Made by a program: the position numbers and the translations under genes. A stretch of 64,000 nucleotides of DNA from Mobula hypostoma (Eukaryota), in the NCBI RefSeq assembly GCF_963921235.1, contig NC_086108.1, positions 30,816,001-30,880,000 on the forward strand. The letters run 5' to 3'. The notes beneath the pieces are model-generated. The model was not told where the DNA came from. It ran no database searches and was given only the letters and a program-made list of their open reading frames with translations. Within the stretch, counting starts at the first letter, position 1, and every line of letters starts with the position of its first letter. Shown one piece after another: positions 61,975 to 64,000 of the stretch.

Positions 61975-63589
61975 AGTAGCCCCCACCCCGACTCCATACC
62001 AGACAGTGATGTAGCCTGTCAGAATGCTCTCCACAGTACTTCTACAGAAGTTTTCAAGTGTTTTAGGTGACAAACCAAATTTATTCAAATTCCTAATGAA
62101 ATGTAGCCACTGTCTTGCCTTCTTTATAGCTCCATCAATATTTTGGATCCAAGTTAGATCCTCAGAGATCTTAACACCTAGGAACTTGAAATTGCTCACT
62201 CTCTCCATTTCTGACCCCTCTATGAGGATTGGTTTGCATTCTCTCATCTTACCCTTCCTGAAGTCCACAATCAGCTCTTTCGTTTTACAGATGTTGTGTG
62301 CAAGGTTGTTGCTGTGGCACCACTCCACTAGTTGGTATATCTCTCTCCTGTACGCCCTCTCATCTCCATCTGAGATTCTGTCAACAATATCATCAGCAAT
62401 TTATAGAATGGCATTAGAGTTGTGCCTCGTCATACAGTCATGGGAATAGAGAGAATAGAACAGTGGGCTAAACACACATCCCTGAGTTATGTCAGTATTG
62501 ATCATCAGTGAGGAGGAGATGTTATCACCAGTCCGCACAGATTGTGGTCTTTGGGTTAGGAAGTCAATGATCCAATTGCAGAGGGAGGTACAGAGGGTCT
62601 GATTCTGTCGCTTATCAATCAGGACTGTAGGAATGCTGGTGCTAAATGCTGAACAACGAACGGCATCCTGACATCAGATTCATTTCATTTGGTGTGATCA
62701 GTAATTTATCAAAATGAATATGTGTGTACTTATAACATTGTTGAAGTTTGGCTTTCTTAGAAAAGTGTCAGCAACTCCATGTGGTCAGAGGGAGAGCGTG
62801 CAAACTCCACCCAGACAGCAACAGAAGTCAGAGTTGAACCCAAGGAACTGAAGTGGCAAGAAAGCTGTTCTGCCTACTGCACCATATGTTCCCTCTATCA
62901 AAAAGATTCACAAGAATAGTAGCCTAGAGTTAAAGTGTGAGGCAAAATTTGAGAAATAAAGGCGAGTATTTATTTCAAACGCATGGCTGTAAGAACTTCC
63001 TTCGGAAGTTAGATCACAGGTTGGAACTCAATAGTCTACCCCTTCTCTGACATATCTTTGCAATTATGTTTTTACCAATCTGGAGTTCCTGAGCCACTCA
63101 TGATGCAGGGGCAATGTTAACACTGAGGTAAGTTAATTAGGAAGTTCCCAAAAAAAAGAAGTGAAACTGAATAAAACTGTACTTAGGGCACTAACAGAGT
63201 CTGGCTAGTAATCCCTGGGAATTCCCGAGGCTGTCCCATCTCCTTAAAAACAGTATCCCATAAAATTATCAGGTATTTATGGGGAAAGGAGGCAGATTTT
63301 AGTCAGCTGTGAATGTTGGGCAGTATGGTAGCCTAGTCATTCATGCAATGGTTCACAGTGCAGGCGACCTGGGTTTAATTGCTGCTGTTATCTGTAAGGA
63401 GTACTGGAAGGCATTTGATTGGAAAGATGATCAGCAATGTTTAAGTATTTATTCGGTCTGACTTCTAGTTCAGTGTCCAGTGACCAGAATGGCTTCATGT
63501 ATCCTGCTCTTTTAGTTCATTTTTCTCTTAATGCAATGTTCACAATGTTGGCTTATTTTTCCCATATTTTAAAACAAAATAAGATGAGG

Positions 63590-63870
63590 CCATTTCAGCC
63601 TACTGAGTCAATGCTACCCACAGAACAATTGCATTCTCTCTTTGGATTTCCTTGAAACCCATTCTGACAATTGGGGCAATTTATAGCATTGGATAGCAAC
63701 GGCACATTCTTGGGAAGTGGGAGAACACTGGACAACCCAAAGGTCATAGGCACACAGTCACCGGGAGAGTGTGCAAGCCCCATATCCCAAGTCAGGATTG
63801 AACCTGAGTTCCTGGAAAAGAGAGACAGCGGATTTCTGAGCTGTGTTTTGCTCACTGTTTATAGCGCTTC
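63590..63870 (-). mobile_element. Decayed V-SINE
   Basis: Similar to 1640-1912; further fragments at about 62760-62890 (-) and 63320-63400 (+). Confidence 0.5.
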
Positions 63871-64000
63871 ATGATTTGAATGCATAATCTCAGATTAGAT
63901 TACAGTTTGCAGTGCTGAAGCAATCCTGGAATTACTGAGGTGCAGTTCCTTGGATAGGATATCATGTGGATCACCACGGACTCAATATACTGCATGGAAT

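Larger units (their letters stand above)
58819..62675 (-). mobile_element. Rex/Babar LINE, 5'-truncated, split by a hAT transposon
   Basis: ORF 61942-62328 (WCHSNNL...KTKELIVDFRK...FKFLGVKISEDLTW) and 59027-59287; minus-strand (CTGATT)n tail at 58819-58845. Confidence 0.85.

Noticed and set aside
1..64000. CRISPR array, retron, DGR or other prokaryotic RT system
   Set aside because: All RTs are eukaryotic CR1, RTE, Rex, PLE or Gypsy types; repeats are dispersed TE ends with no repeat-spacer periodicity.

Overview
Vertebrate nuclear DNA, most likely from a cartilaginous fish (an inference from the repeat families: HE1/V-SINE-like and Deu-type SINEs, CR1 LINEs with (TTTCTATG)n tails, Penelope termini). 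It is not prokaryotic: there is no CRISPR array, operon or rRNA, and I cannot confidently call any host protein-coding exon. The window is a dense, deeply nested transposable-element landscape. It holds an 11 kb five-level nest built mostly of CR1 copies (about 2.7-14.2 kb), a near full-length RTE LINE split by a CR1 (18.5-24.8 kb), a full-length young CR1 with esterase ORF1 and APE-RT ORF2 (28.9-33.3 kb), a decayed chromovirus-type Gypsy provirus (36.5-41.3 kb), Penelope-like elements (PLEs; RT + GIY-YIG at 41.9-43.9 kb), a young solo LTR, a mariner-type MITE, a hAT transposon inside a Rex/Babar LINE, and several SINEs. The most notable signal is that the PLE terminal repeat, present in about a dozen decayed copies, reconstructs to a minimal type I hammerhead ribozyme (CAGUC-CUGAUGA-A-GGG-UCUCGG-CCC-GAAAC-GUC-GACUG). 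Several copies form short fold-back units, and one is flanked by a candidate 7-bp TSD. A perfect 30-bp-arm hairpin (53918-53983) and two TE-poor clusters of immune-type TF motifs also deserve a look. Family names come from motif recognition without database searches, and boundaries of old elements are approximate.
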